Part shown: one piece after another, positions 55,828 to 64,000 of the stretch
How positions within the stretch are numbered: the first letter of the stretch is position 1
Layout: the number at the start of each line of letters is the position of its first letter
Sequence record: NC_070869.1
DNA length: 64,000 nt
Strand: one strand, 5' to 3'
From: Escherichia phage vB_EcoP_SP5M
Program-made: the position numbers and the translations under genes
Notes under the pieces: model-generated
Database searches by the model: none
What the model was told of the DNA's origin: nothing
Seen by the model: only the letters and a program-made list of their open reading frames with translations

Positions 55828-58617
55828 TCAAGAAGATGCGATACTACCATAAGTTAACCATCCAGATGCAGTATAAACTATCCCCTCAGCACCCCCTGCT
55901 TGTGGTCGAAGATAGGGTACTTTCTCCCCTTGGACTGGCTTATAGGATGCATAGATATTGGCTGCGGTGTTTATCTCAGAGCTATATGTCTGTGCCCAAT
56001 CATTTCCAGAAATGAACCAAGGCCCGCTCTGAGAATACATTGTGAACATCTGCCGAGTTGCATTATCTGTGCTATTCCCACGGCATTCTAGTACTCTCGC
56101 CCCAGACACACCATCAAAAAGAGTGAAACCAAATGTAGCACTACTATCACCAACAACCCGGTTGTTAAGGATCCGAGTGTAAAAGCACGTACCAAATGTT
56201 TTGATTATCGGGATGCTCTTCGTTCTCCCCGCACCAGTCACCGCATCATAGTTTACGATGTTGCCTTCGATGACCGTTCTAGCAGCCTTTGACAAGAAGA
56301 TTATCTGATCTTCGTCATCAGCATTATATTTTGTAATCCGGTTCCTGCGGATAGTGCAGTCATCCGCCGATGCCACTTGGATTACTAATCCCTTATTATT
56401 AGTGGGGTCGGTAGCTGTGTTATCTTCAACTATACTGCCAGCCGATGCCAGATATAACTGAACCCACCCTTTGAAAGTATTGTTACGTATTACAGGGTTG
56501 ACCAGCTGCACTGACATACGAACTGTGGTGCTTTTATTTTCTACGAAGTTAGCTTCCATCACCACCTTCGAACAATTGGTAATACGCATGGGGACTGTCT
56601 GTGTGCAATTTTCAGACAACAGGAGCTTGTTTCCTCTCATCTCCAACAAGTCTACATTGAAGGAAGTCACCGAGTTTATAAACCTAGCTGACCCTGTGAT
56701 CGTAAACTGGTTATCATCAATTGTGGCGTAAGCCTTACCAATGGAAATGCAGTTATACGCAGCCGAGTAAACATAGTTTTGAGCTACATACTGACGGTGG
56801 TCTTGTGCAGATGATGCCCACCAAGAAAGCTGAATTCCACCACGCTGCGATTCAAATCCATTCTGTGGGCATTTTTGTAAATCAGCCTGTAATCCATTGA
56901 TGTAGTTGCCTACAACATCAGCTGATGCCTGAACAGATACACCAATATAATGATTTAACAAAGTATTATTCAGAATTCGAACTGAAGTAGCTGCCTCAGA
57001 CTTCACTGACATGGTGTAACCCCATACGAGGTTGTCCTCTATAGTTACATAGGTTCTCTTGTCAGCGGAAGAATCTGACTGCCATTCAAAGTCCGGTGGG
57101 TAGATGGTGGAAGTACCCCCATTACTCCCGTACTCTGCGAAAATACCTATATACCCACAAAGAGTACCGTTATACACCACGTTATTATTAGGGGATTTCA
57201 ATGCTGGATCACATACGAAAACACGCTTATTAATCGCAGTATTACGTCGGATAATCGTTTTCGGGCTTGCACCAGACCAGATAGCCCAACCAAAGTGATC
57301 GACAGACTCATTGCCACTGGAACCTAAAGGTTGGTTAGCTGAAACGTTGTACAGATAATTGTTCTCTGCCAGAGCCATAGAACATTTCCAGAACTGGATA
57401 CCTGAGCCATAAATCTCGTTCATCCTAACATTTCGTACTACTGGCGAACGGCAGTAACTAAAACGCAGACCAAGAGTGCCATCCGAATATGGTGTAGGAT
57501 GCGCCCCTACCCCCATCAGCTCATGGGTAGGCCCACCTTTGTTAGCTTGACGGGTATAGTCAATAGTGAGATTTTCAACAGTTACTGGCTCCACAAAGAC
57601 GCCTTGTGTGGTCGGCTGTCCCCCAAATTCAACAAGGAACGGTTCACTGAACGGCCATGACGCACCGGGGGCATTAGCAACTGGATCAACGTTATCGAAT
57701 GTCCAGGTGGTTCCGCCATCGGAACCTTTGATAGTACAAGGTTTACCATTATAGATAGCAAATTTATGGCGAGTAGTTCCCCAATTCACCTCACCTTTAG
57801 GGAACACTAGCGTTCCACCATTCTGCATAATATATTCAATAGCCGCCACACATGCATAACCACAGGCAACACCATCCCCAGTCACGCCGAACTCAGTAGC
57901 ATAAACTATAGCGTTACGCTTTAAGGCATCCTCTACCGTGATACCGAATGATGTACCAATGTTAGAAGCCCCGTCGGTTCCTTTAAGTGCAGCAAAAATA
58001 TCGATATCCATGTCTGGGTCAGTGATGCCAATAATCACTGTAACCAAGTTACCAGTCTCTAACTCGTCAGCAAGGGTAATAGTTGCATCACCCTCATTAT
58101 AAGTAAAACCTTCATTGAGGTCTTGTCGAATGCCTTGTACATAGATGGTTTGTACACCAACAATTGGCAAATCTGTAGGTAACTGAATAGTAGTCTCACC
58201 ATCAGTAACTGCATGGTATTTCCAAATACGAACAAACGAAGCGTTGGAACCAGTGGCTTTAGTACTAACCCAAGAACCAGTAGCACCGGGTTCGTTAGGC
58301 TTAATACCACTAGTATCATCATCTACATAAAGGTAGTCAGTGAAGTAGTAACCTGCCGTCTCTGATTTATTATAAATACGAGCAAACTTCCCAATAGAGA
58401 GTGGAATGTCCTTGATTGCTTCCTCACTATCTACAGTAATAATCAGGCCATACTTTTGTAGGTAGTTATAGATGTAAGTAAGGTTACCCAGTGCAAGGTA
58501 TACCTCCTTTACTACGTGGTAGGCATCACCAATGATTCGGTCAACCAATTGATCACCAGACCGAAAGTCATTAGGGCAACCATTACCGCCTGTGTTAAAT
58601 GGGTTATGAGAATTCAT
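55828..58617 (-). CDS. tailspike with pectate-lyase-like beta-helix (putative polysaccharide depolymerase)
   Basis: YATEFGVTGDGV resembles the FGAxGDGxTDD signature of pectate lyase 3-type beta-helix tailspikes; 929 aa from ATG 58617. Confidence 0.55.
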   Translation of the reverse strand: MNSHNPFNTGGNGCPNDFRSGDQLVDRIIGDAYHVVKEVYLALGNLTYIYNYLQKYGLIITVDSEEAIKDIPLSIGKFARIYNKSETAGYYFTDYLYVDDDTSGIKPNEPGATGSWVSTKATGSNASFVRIWKYHAVTDGETTIQLPTDLPIVGVQTIYVQGIRQDLNEGFTYNEGDATITLADELETGNLVTVIIGITDPDMDIDIFAALKGTDGASNIGTSFGITVEDALKRNAIVYATEFGVTGDGVACGYACVAAIEYIMQNGGTLVFPKGEVNWGTTRHKFAIYNGKPCTIKGSDGGTTWTFDNVDPVANAPGASWPFSEPFLVEFGGQPTTQGVFVEPVTVENLTIDYTRQANKGGPTHELMGVGAHPTPYSDGTLGLRFSYCRSPVVRNVRMNEIYGSGIQFWKCSMALAENNYLYNVSANQPLGSSGNESVDHFGWAIWSGASPKTIIRRNTAINKRVFVCDPALKSPNNNVVYNGTLCGYIGIFAEYGSNGGTSTIYPPDFEWQSDSSADKRTYVTIEDNLVWGYTMSVKSEAATSVRILNNTLLNHYIGVSVQASADVVGNYINGLQADLQKCPQNGFESQRGGIQLSWWASSAQDHRQYVAQNYVYSAAYNCISIGKAYATIDDNQFTITGSARFINSVTSFNVDLLEMRGNKLLLSENCTQTVPMRITNCSKVVMEANFVENKSTTVRMSVQLVNPVIRNNTFKGWVQLYLASAGSIVEDNTATDPTNNKGLVIQVASADDCTIRRNRITKYNADDEDQIIFLSKAARTVIEGNIVNYDAVTGAGRTKSIPIIKTFGTCFYTRILNNRVVGDSSATFGFTLFDGVSGARVLECRGNSTDNATRQMFTMYSQSGPWFISGNDWAQTYSSEINTAANIYASYKPVQGEKVPYLRPQAGGAEGIVYTASGWLTYGSIASS

Positions 58618-59321
58618 ATCCATCCTCTTCTTTCAAATAATGTATTTGTGCTTGACTCACTACTGCTTCCTAGGTCGTAGTCCTTAACCTCTCCACAGAT
58701 TGATTCGTACATTTGCAGGTACTCTGCTGCTTTGCCAGTACTCTCGGCAGTATTGAGTCCAGTGTAGTAACTATAAGCTACCCAGTACTTTAAAGCAGGC
58801 AGTAGGGTATCAGGTAAATCAATCTCCTGATTCTCACCATCCACAGTAACAGTTGGGTGTTTCGCTTGATAGGTTACCGTAAGTACTTCGCAATGACGAG
58901 GACGAATACACTGTAATGTATCAGGGCGTGGAGTAAACAATCCATGTGGATTGTGATTATCATTCAGCCCACGTCTTTGCCCTTTTGAATCATACACCAT
59001 CAGGATTTTAATGACGTCTTCTTTAAATGGGTTACTAGCAGAATCCATAATGAACGGGTATTGTGCTAGAGCAGGGTCGAATCCCATAAAAGAATAACGA
59101 GCTAGTAAAGGGTATTCTGTTCTGCCCTCACGCATCTCAACGAATACATTGCGTGTCTTTAATGGGAACCGTCCATGTAGACGGGTCAGACCCTCATTAA
59201 TAAACTCGAGGATGTACTCTTTCTTATCTGGCTCAATGTCTTTCTTGTCATCAGTTATCACACTGGTGTTATTCAAGACAGACAGAGCCAGACTCTTATA
59301 TAACTCTGTTAATTTAATCAT
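58614..59321 (-). CDS. hypothetical virion/tail protein
   Basis: ATG with GAGGAAAC RBS; sits between terminase and tailspike genes. Confidence 0.45.
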   Translation of the reverse strand: MIKLTELYKSLALSVLNNTSVITDDKKDIEPDKKEYILEFINEGLTRLHGRFPLKTRNVFVEMREGRTEYPLLARYSFMGFDPALAQYPFIMDSASNPFKEDVIKILMVYDSKGQRRGLNDNHNPHGLFTPRPDTLQCIRPRHCEVLTVTYQAKHPTVTVDGENQEIDLPDTLLPALKYWVAYSYYTGLNTAESTGKAAEYLQMYESICGEVKDYDLGSSSESSTNTLFERRGWI

Positions 59322-59327
59322 GTTTCC

Positions 59328-60917
59328 TCACACGATGTATGAACGCAGTGGATTAACACTTTCTTCCTCTTCATCATCCCACATCGGGTCACCCTTGTTA
59401 TCCACCATGGTCATACCTGCTTGTGGTTTCCAAGGATTGAGATAACCCAGCATGGAAATAGTATCAATACAGTCATCCTTACCTTTGATTCCATTAATGG
59501 TAGCTAGTTTAATCTGGCCTATGAACAGACCCATGATAGTTGTATCTCTCAACTCTTCCGGGAAGTACATCTTACCAGCTTTGAACCAAGGAACTACCAG
59601 GTTAAAGCGTGACAGCTTAGAGGTTACAGGACGGATGCCTGGCTTACCACCCTCAGAGGTAGCAAAGTTAAAGAAGACATTACGGTTAATCATTTCTTTC
59701 TGAAGGAGTGAGATGAATCCATTCTGTTGTCCTGTAATTTCGACACCAACATTTTGTGGTTGGTATTCCTGAACCAGACGGAACAAGTCGTCGAAGTTCT
59801 TGTCCATAAGCTGACGATTAGCCACACCATCAACCCAGAACCAATCTCCATTAGAACTGTAAGCCCAAACTGATATGACACTGTAGTCACTGGTCTGTTT
59901 CTCCGAAGTAGCAAAGTCAGTTGTAATGTAATAGTTGTAGCAGGACTTCATCCTTAATAGTTGCTGCCTGCTGTACCATTTAATCTCACTATCCTGAACA
60001 AGACGTTCATCTTCAGAACTAATACGAAGCATAAGTTCTTGGTAGAAACCAGCCAACTTACCAGTCTTAACTGCCATATCGTATTGTGCTTTGATATAGT
60101 CATAGGAGAAACGGTCATCCCATGCACCCTGAAACTCTTCCCTACTACAAGGAAACTTCTCACACACAGGCCATACGTTGACATCCCATGCACCAGACTC
60201 AACTGCTTCAATGATAATGTCTTCCTTATTAAAGGGAGTACCGTTGAAGATTACTTTACGACGTGTTGGGTCGAGAGCATGGTTCACACCTTTATAGACA
60301 GTATCCTTAATAGCTTCCATGCTTGTCTTAGAGTTAGCATCACCGTCACTAATCAAGTCATCCAGTACACATAGTGTTGGACGCTTACCATATATCTTCG
60401 TACCACGAAGACCTGTCTTAGCACCAAATAACTTAACACCAAGTCGATGACCTTCTGCATTACGGAACTCTAACAGGTTATCCGTAAAAGTAGCTTCAGG
60501 TATCCACTGCTGAAGGAACTCACTATTCTTGTAACGGAACTCAATGTTCTTACGTGCAGACTTAGCACCGTTATCCATTGAGTCAGATACGTAAATCATT
60601 CCCTCTACCTTACCTAAACTAGGTAAGTGTCCAAACACTGCCAAGAATAAAGTAAAGTATTCCATGAACACAGCAGTCTTACCTGCACCACGGAAACACA
60701 GATTAACTACATACTGGTTCGGGGTAATCATCTTGTCCAACATCTTCAGGTGAACCGGAGGTGTTTTGTTGGATTCACCCTCTTTGCCATTAACCAACTT
60801 AATAAAGTTGGCAAAGGTAAGAGCAAACTGACTAGGAACATAGTTAGAAGAATTAAGGTGGGAGTAGTCCACCTGGTCTAGCCATTCATCTAGTTCCTGT
60901 TTAATTAACTCAGACAT
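59328..60917 (-). CDS. terminase large subunit
   Basis: Walker A CFRGAGKTAV, Walker B-like CVLDDLISD; start set to ATG 60917 (ATGTCTGA overlap with upstream stop; track start is GTG). Confidence 0.8.
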   Translation of the reverse strand: MSELIKQELDEWLDQVDYSHLNSSNYVPSQFALTFANFIKLVNGKEGESNKTPPVHLKMLDKMITPNQYVVNLCFRGAGKTAVFMEYFTLFLAVFGHLPSLGKVEGMIYVSDSMDNGAKSARKNIEFRYKNSEFLQQWIPEATFTDNLLEFRNAEGHRLGVKLFGAKTGLRGTKIYGKRPTLCVLDDLISDGDANSKTSMEAIKDTVYKGVNHALDPTRRKVIFNGTPFNKEDIIIEAVESGAWDVNVWPVCEKFPCSREEFQGAWDDRFSYDYIKAQYDMAVKTGKLAGFYQELMLRISSEDERLVQDSEIKWYSRQQLLRMKSCYNYYITTDFATSEKQTSDYSVISVWAYSSNGDWFWVDGVANRQLMDKNFDDLFRLVQEYQPQNVGVEITGQQNGFISLLQKEMINRNVFFNFATSEGGKPGIRPVTSKLSRFNLVVPWFKAGKMYFPEELRDTTIMGLFIGQIKLATINGIKGKDDCIDTISMLGYLNPWKPQAGMTMVDNKGDPMWDDEEEESVNPLRSYIV

Positions 60918-61599
60918 CTGTAATGTCCTCATCTGCACGTACTAGTTTAGAACCAGCAATCTCTTTAGTGGGTACACCACTATTGATTGCATTAATTTGC
61001 TGTTCGGCTAATGCAGCAAGTGTTGCCTTGAGGTCAGTCAACCCGGAGTTCTCCCTTAAGTCCAGATTAATATTCGTTACCTGGTCTTTCGGTTTAGCTA
61101 AATGAGTAAGGATAGAGTTAGCTGCATCACATCTTACTTTCTCACTAGCTGCTGTAGTCATCAGTTCAACCTGAACATTGATTGCCTTCTGATAATTGTC
61201 TTGGTTCACAATCCACACTGGAACCAAACTTTGTTCCATGATGAGGTTAACTAACTTACCCCTGTGATAAGCAGATACATAAGCACTAATATCTTTCTCA
61301 CTGGTTCCTCGTGCTATAAGTTCTGCTTGTCGGTTAGGGAATGTTTTGAAGTAGGCTTCCTTATTTGAATAGCCCATGTGTTTGTAAGTGACATACTGAA
61401 CTGCATTCATGTAGTCCTGTGTCTTAAACTTACCCTCCTTCATAACACCAGAGTAAGAGATGAAGTTTTCACGGAATGCTTCAGCAACTAGTTGGTCTTG
61501 GGTTATGTTGTTAATTGTGTCTACCAACTCTTGGCTAACACTGTTCTTGAAGTTAGCAGGTAAGGCATTAATGATCTGCTGCTTAGTTAGCTCACTCAT
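60910..61599 (-). CDS. hypothetical protein upstream of terminase (possible small terminase subunit)
   Basis: First gene of the minus-strand late block; product assignment positional only. Confidence 0.4.
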   Translation of the reverse strand: MSELTKQQIINALPANFKNSVSQELVDTINNITQDQLVAEAFRENFISYSGVMKEGKFKTQDYMNAVQYVTYKHMGYSNKEAYFKTFPNRQAELIARGTSEKDISAYVSAYHRGKLVNLIMEQSLVPVWIVNQDNYQKAINVQVELMTTAASEKVRCDAANSILTHLAKPKDQVTNINLDLRENSGLTDLKATLAALAEQQINAINSGVPTKEIAGSKLVRADEDITDV

Positions 61600-61782
61600 A
61601 CTTATCTCTCTACAAAGTTATGTCTATTAACGAAGATTCTTTTCTTGGGGTGAGATACCCCTTGAAGAAACCATACCATACAGTTACACTTTAGTCATGA
61701 TATAGAAAAAGTTCATGATACTAAATAGTATGTAATGTTCCGATGACCTTATTCCCCAAGGAGTACTACCTTGAGACTCTTT

Positions 61783-62061
61783 ATGAGATGTCTAGACTCT
61801 GAAGATAAATACGCAGAGATAGACCACACAGCATCAGGATTCCTGAAGGGTGACATCATTGTTACCCACAACTGGGATACATTCCATGAGTTGTCTGGAA
61901 TGATGCTATTAGAGAACCGTCCCGGTGTTACCATCTTAGAACCACAAGAAACTTACTCTTTAGAAAAGTCTAGTTCAGCTCTTGTGTTCTTTACAAAATT
62001 ACCTCATAGTGTCTCCATCAAACGAAGCAAAGACAGCGTTCGGATGACGGTGACGATGTGA
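61783..62061 (+). CDS. small protein, member A of HE-G-LFL paralog family
   Basis: ATG 61783 (track start is TTG); motif WDTFHELSGMMLLENRPGVTILEP shared with three downstream genes. Confidence 0.4.
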   Translation: MRCLDSEDKYAEIDHTASGFLKGDIIVTHNWDTFHELSGMMLLENRPGVTILEPQETYSLEKSSSALVFFTKLPHSVSIKRSKDSVRMTVTM

Positions 62062-62209
62062 TTAGTCATACCGCCTAGTAGACAGTGGCGGTACTCGTAA
62101 AGAGTTAATAACTTCTACAGTCAGGGTTACCCGGCTCCTTTCCTACCTAGTAGGCTAACGATACACATGTATCTAGGGTGATGAACTGGCCCGTGATTGA
62201 AAACGGTAA

Positions 62210-62245
62210 GGGGTAGAGTCGAGAGACTCTACCCCATTTCTTTTT
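62210..62245 (+). terminator. Rho-independent terminator
   Basis: 11-bp stem GGGGTAGAGTC/GACTCTACCCC, loop GAGA, followed by ATTTCTTTTT. Confidence 0.85.
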
Positions 62246-62261
62246 CTGGGGGTATGTAATT

Positions 62262-62660
62262 ATGAGCATCTACTGTTTTGACATTGATATTACTGGTGTA
62301 CTACGCGGTCAAGAACCCAATTACCTTGGGGAACCAGAAGTAGTAAGTAAGTTCATCGCTTCATGGCAATCAGTATTCTTACCTGATTGTGACGAGTCTC
62401 ATGAGGTTATTGGCTCTCTTTTCTTATCCAACCTTCAGCTTAACACTGAGATACTTACTGAACCAAAAGTATATGATCTCACTCAGTACAGCAAGTTCAA
62501 CAAGTTCTTCCCCGGTGTACGCTTCTATAAGATAGATGGTTGGGAATTGATAGCTGACCATAACGTATTTAATAAGACACTTTCCATTTACTTCAGACCC
62601 ATTCCTAAAGGAAGGAGAATCAATCATGAAATTCATAATGACTATCCCCAGTTTTGTTAA
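62262..62660 (+). CDS. small protein, member B of HE-G-LFL paralog family
   Basis: ATG with GGGGG upstream; motif CDESHEVIGSLFLSNLQLNTEILTEP. Confidence 0.5.
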   Translation: MSIYCFDIDITGVLRGQEPNYLGEPEVVSKFIASWQSVFLPDCDESHEVIGSLFLSNLQLNTEILTEPKVYDLTQYSKFNKFFPGVRFYKIDGWELIADHNVFNKTLSIYFRPIPKGRRINHEIHNDYPQFC

Positions 62661-62940
62661 AGGGGAGTCCATGTACACAAATGACTTCACTTTAGAAGAG
62701 GTCATGAATAGTAGCCCCCAACGCGTAATCCTGGTTCCTACCTTAGAGGATTATCACGAAGTAAGAGGTCAACTTTTCTTAGCAGGTAATGACCGTAAGG
62801 TTGTATGTATTGTCCCACCTTCCGTCTACTCCTTTAGCGATGCATATGACGCTCTACCTTTCATGATGGTATCCGATGAATACCAATGGGATAGTCGCCA
62901 TGAGAATGACGAATACCGTTACTATTACGTAAGGAAGTAA
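62626..62940 (+). CDS. small protein, member C of HE-G-LFL paralog family
   Basis: Strong RBS AAGGAGGAG; motif LEDYHEVRGQLFLAGNDRKVVCIVPP; overlaps gene B by 35 nt. Confidence 0.5.
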   Translation: MKFIMTIPSFVKGESMYTNDFTLEEVMNSSPQRVILVPTLEDYHEVRGQLFLAGNDRKVVCIVPPSVYSFSDAYDALPFMMVSDEYQWDSRHENDEYRYYYVRK

Positions 62941-62943
62941 GCC

Positions 62944-63258
62944 ATGCACTTCTACGGTTTAAGTAGTCGTAGTACCTGTCCCCTTAATCTGGGGGTAGGT
63001 AAATCTCCTTGGTTGGGAATAAGTAAACCCATGACCATGTACTATGAACAATGTGAAAAAGCAGATGAGTTCATCGGAACCTGTTTAATGTTAGGTGCAC
63101 CTATTACCTTTATTAGGATAGATACTTCCATTGAAGTTCCGGAGGGTGTCGCTGTATACATCTTCTCCTCCTGTGAACCTATGGTAGCTACTACTCTTAC
63201 AGGTAGACTCATTACCCTTTATCCTTCCTCATATTTATCTAGCGACGAGAGCTATTAA
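62944..63258 (+). CDS. hypothetical small protein
   Basis: ATG with AAGGAAG RBS; 104 codons; family motif not evident. Confidence 0.45.
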   Translation: MHFYGLSSRSTCPLNLGVGKSPWLGISKPMTMYYEQCEKADEFIGTCLMLGAPITFIRIDTSIEVPEGVAVYIFSSCEPMVATTLTGRLITLYPSSYLSSDESY

Positions 63259-63542
63259 TGGTTATCAGTAAAATTTATTCAGAGCTACCCGGGGATGAAT
63301 ACACCCATCATAAAGATGTAGCTAACCTAGATGCATATGTACTTATCCTGGTTCCAGATGAACAGTCCTTACATGAACTACAGGGCTTACTCTTCTTACA
63401 CAATAAGAAATCCGAAGTACATCTGCTTGAACCAGGAACACCAATGTCCTGGCAAGGTAGCTTCAGTCCTTGGCATCTTAATACAGACAAGTACATCCTA
63501 TCCTTCGAGGGTAACACCCCCATCTATAAGGAAAGACAATGA
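63258..63542 (+). CDS. small protein, member E of HE-G-LFL paralog family
   Basis: ATG overlapping upstream stop; motif DEQSLHELQGLLFLHNKKSEVHLLEP. Confidence 0.5.
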   Translation: MVISKIYSELPGDEYTHHKDVANLDAYVLILVPDEQSLHELQGLLFLHNKKSEVHLLEPGTPMSWQGSFSPWHLNTDKYILSFEGNTPIYKERQ

Positions 63543-63581
63543 AACTAAACATCCCCCCATATCTGGTACAGGTACTGAAGC

Positions 63582-63920
63582 ATGAACGTTAAACTCTTAG
63601 GTATGCGTGGTACTGACTTACTGCACTACTCTTCTGAACCAGAGAAAGCAATCATCCACCTTATGTCCTATGGGGATTCCACACTAATAATGGAACCAGG
63701 AGAGTTAGCAGACTTTGCACAAGGACATAAGATTCTTACTAACAGCAATGCAAAGATAGTTATCTTGCAAAATGGTGAGTCAGCCTTCATCTTATTAGGT
63801 GATTATGCTCATGTGTTTATTAAAGATGCTGCCGTAAGACATAGTAGTGGTAACCCTAACCATCCTGACTATTACTCTGGCATAGCTCGTATTATCACCC
63901 GAATCTCACCTCCTATTTAA
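63582..63920 (+). CDS. hypothetical small protein
   Basis: ATG start, 112 codons. Confidence 0.45.
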   Translation: MNVKLLGMRGTDLLHYSSEPEKAIIHLMSYGDSTLIMEPGELADFAQGHKILTNSNAKIVILQNGESAFILLGDYAHVFIKDAAVRHSSGNPNHPDYYSGIARIITRISPPI

Positions 63921-64000
63921 CTGCTTATATGTGAGATAGTTATGATATTTTTGCATACCAATTTGGTCATAGCTATGTCTAGCTGTAGTGGTGTGGCTAG

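Noticed and set aside
63331-63585. 84-codon alternative-frame ORF overlapping the paralog-family gene at 63258-63542
   Set aside because: Overlaps a gene with a good start context and conserved family motif; no independent support.
1-64000. CRISPR arrays, integrase/recombinase, reverse transcriptase (DGR or retron)
   Set aside because: No regularly spaced direct repeats, no tyrosine/serine recombinase motifs and no RT motifs seen in any frame I examined; the genome looks strictly lytic.

Overview
This window reads as most of the genome of a lytic N4-like (Schitoviridae-type) podophage; that identification rests on gene architecture and motifs read by eye, not on any database search. Layout: a plus-strand replication/nucleotide-metabolism module (1-25.5 kb: AAA ATPase + vWA protein, dCTP deaminase-like, ThyX-like, rIIA/rIIB-like, Dda-like helicase, family A DNA polymerase, primase-like, Cas4-like nuclease, P-loop ATPase, SSB-like, RuvC-like); a 1.5 kb ORF-free structured region carrying tRNA and tRNA-like elements (25.9-27.5 kb); a minus-strand late module (29.2-61.6 kb: giant ~3,440-aa virion RNA polymerase, virion proteins, major capsid, portal, lysis cassette with embedded spanin, two tail fibre/spike genes, large terminase); and a plus-strand array of small genes at 61.8-64 kb. 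Most interesting: (1) the DNA polymerase gene is interrupted between motifs A and B by an HNH endonuclease gene with no visible ribozyme core, so it is probably a split polymerase; (2) a P-loop ATPase gene carries a td-like group I intron with P/Q/R/S elements and an HNH-AP2 endonuclease ORF; (3) two tandem tRNA-like minihelices with encoded CCA that cannot fold as cloverleaves, plus two tRNAs with odd anticodon loops; (4) a tandem paralogous family of small genes sharing an HE-x2-G-x-LFL motif. Many ORF-track starts are TTG/GTG or upstream in-frame codons; I moved starts to ATG codons with a Shine-Dalgarno where that was clear. No CRISPR array, integrase or reverse transcriptase was seen.
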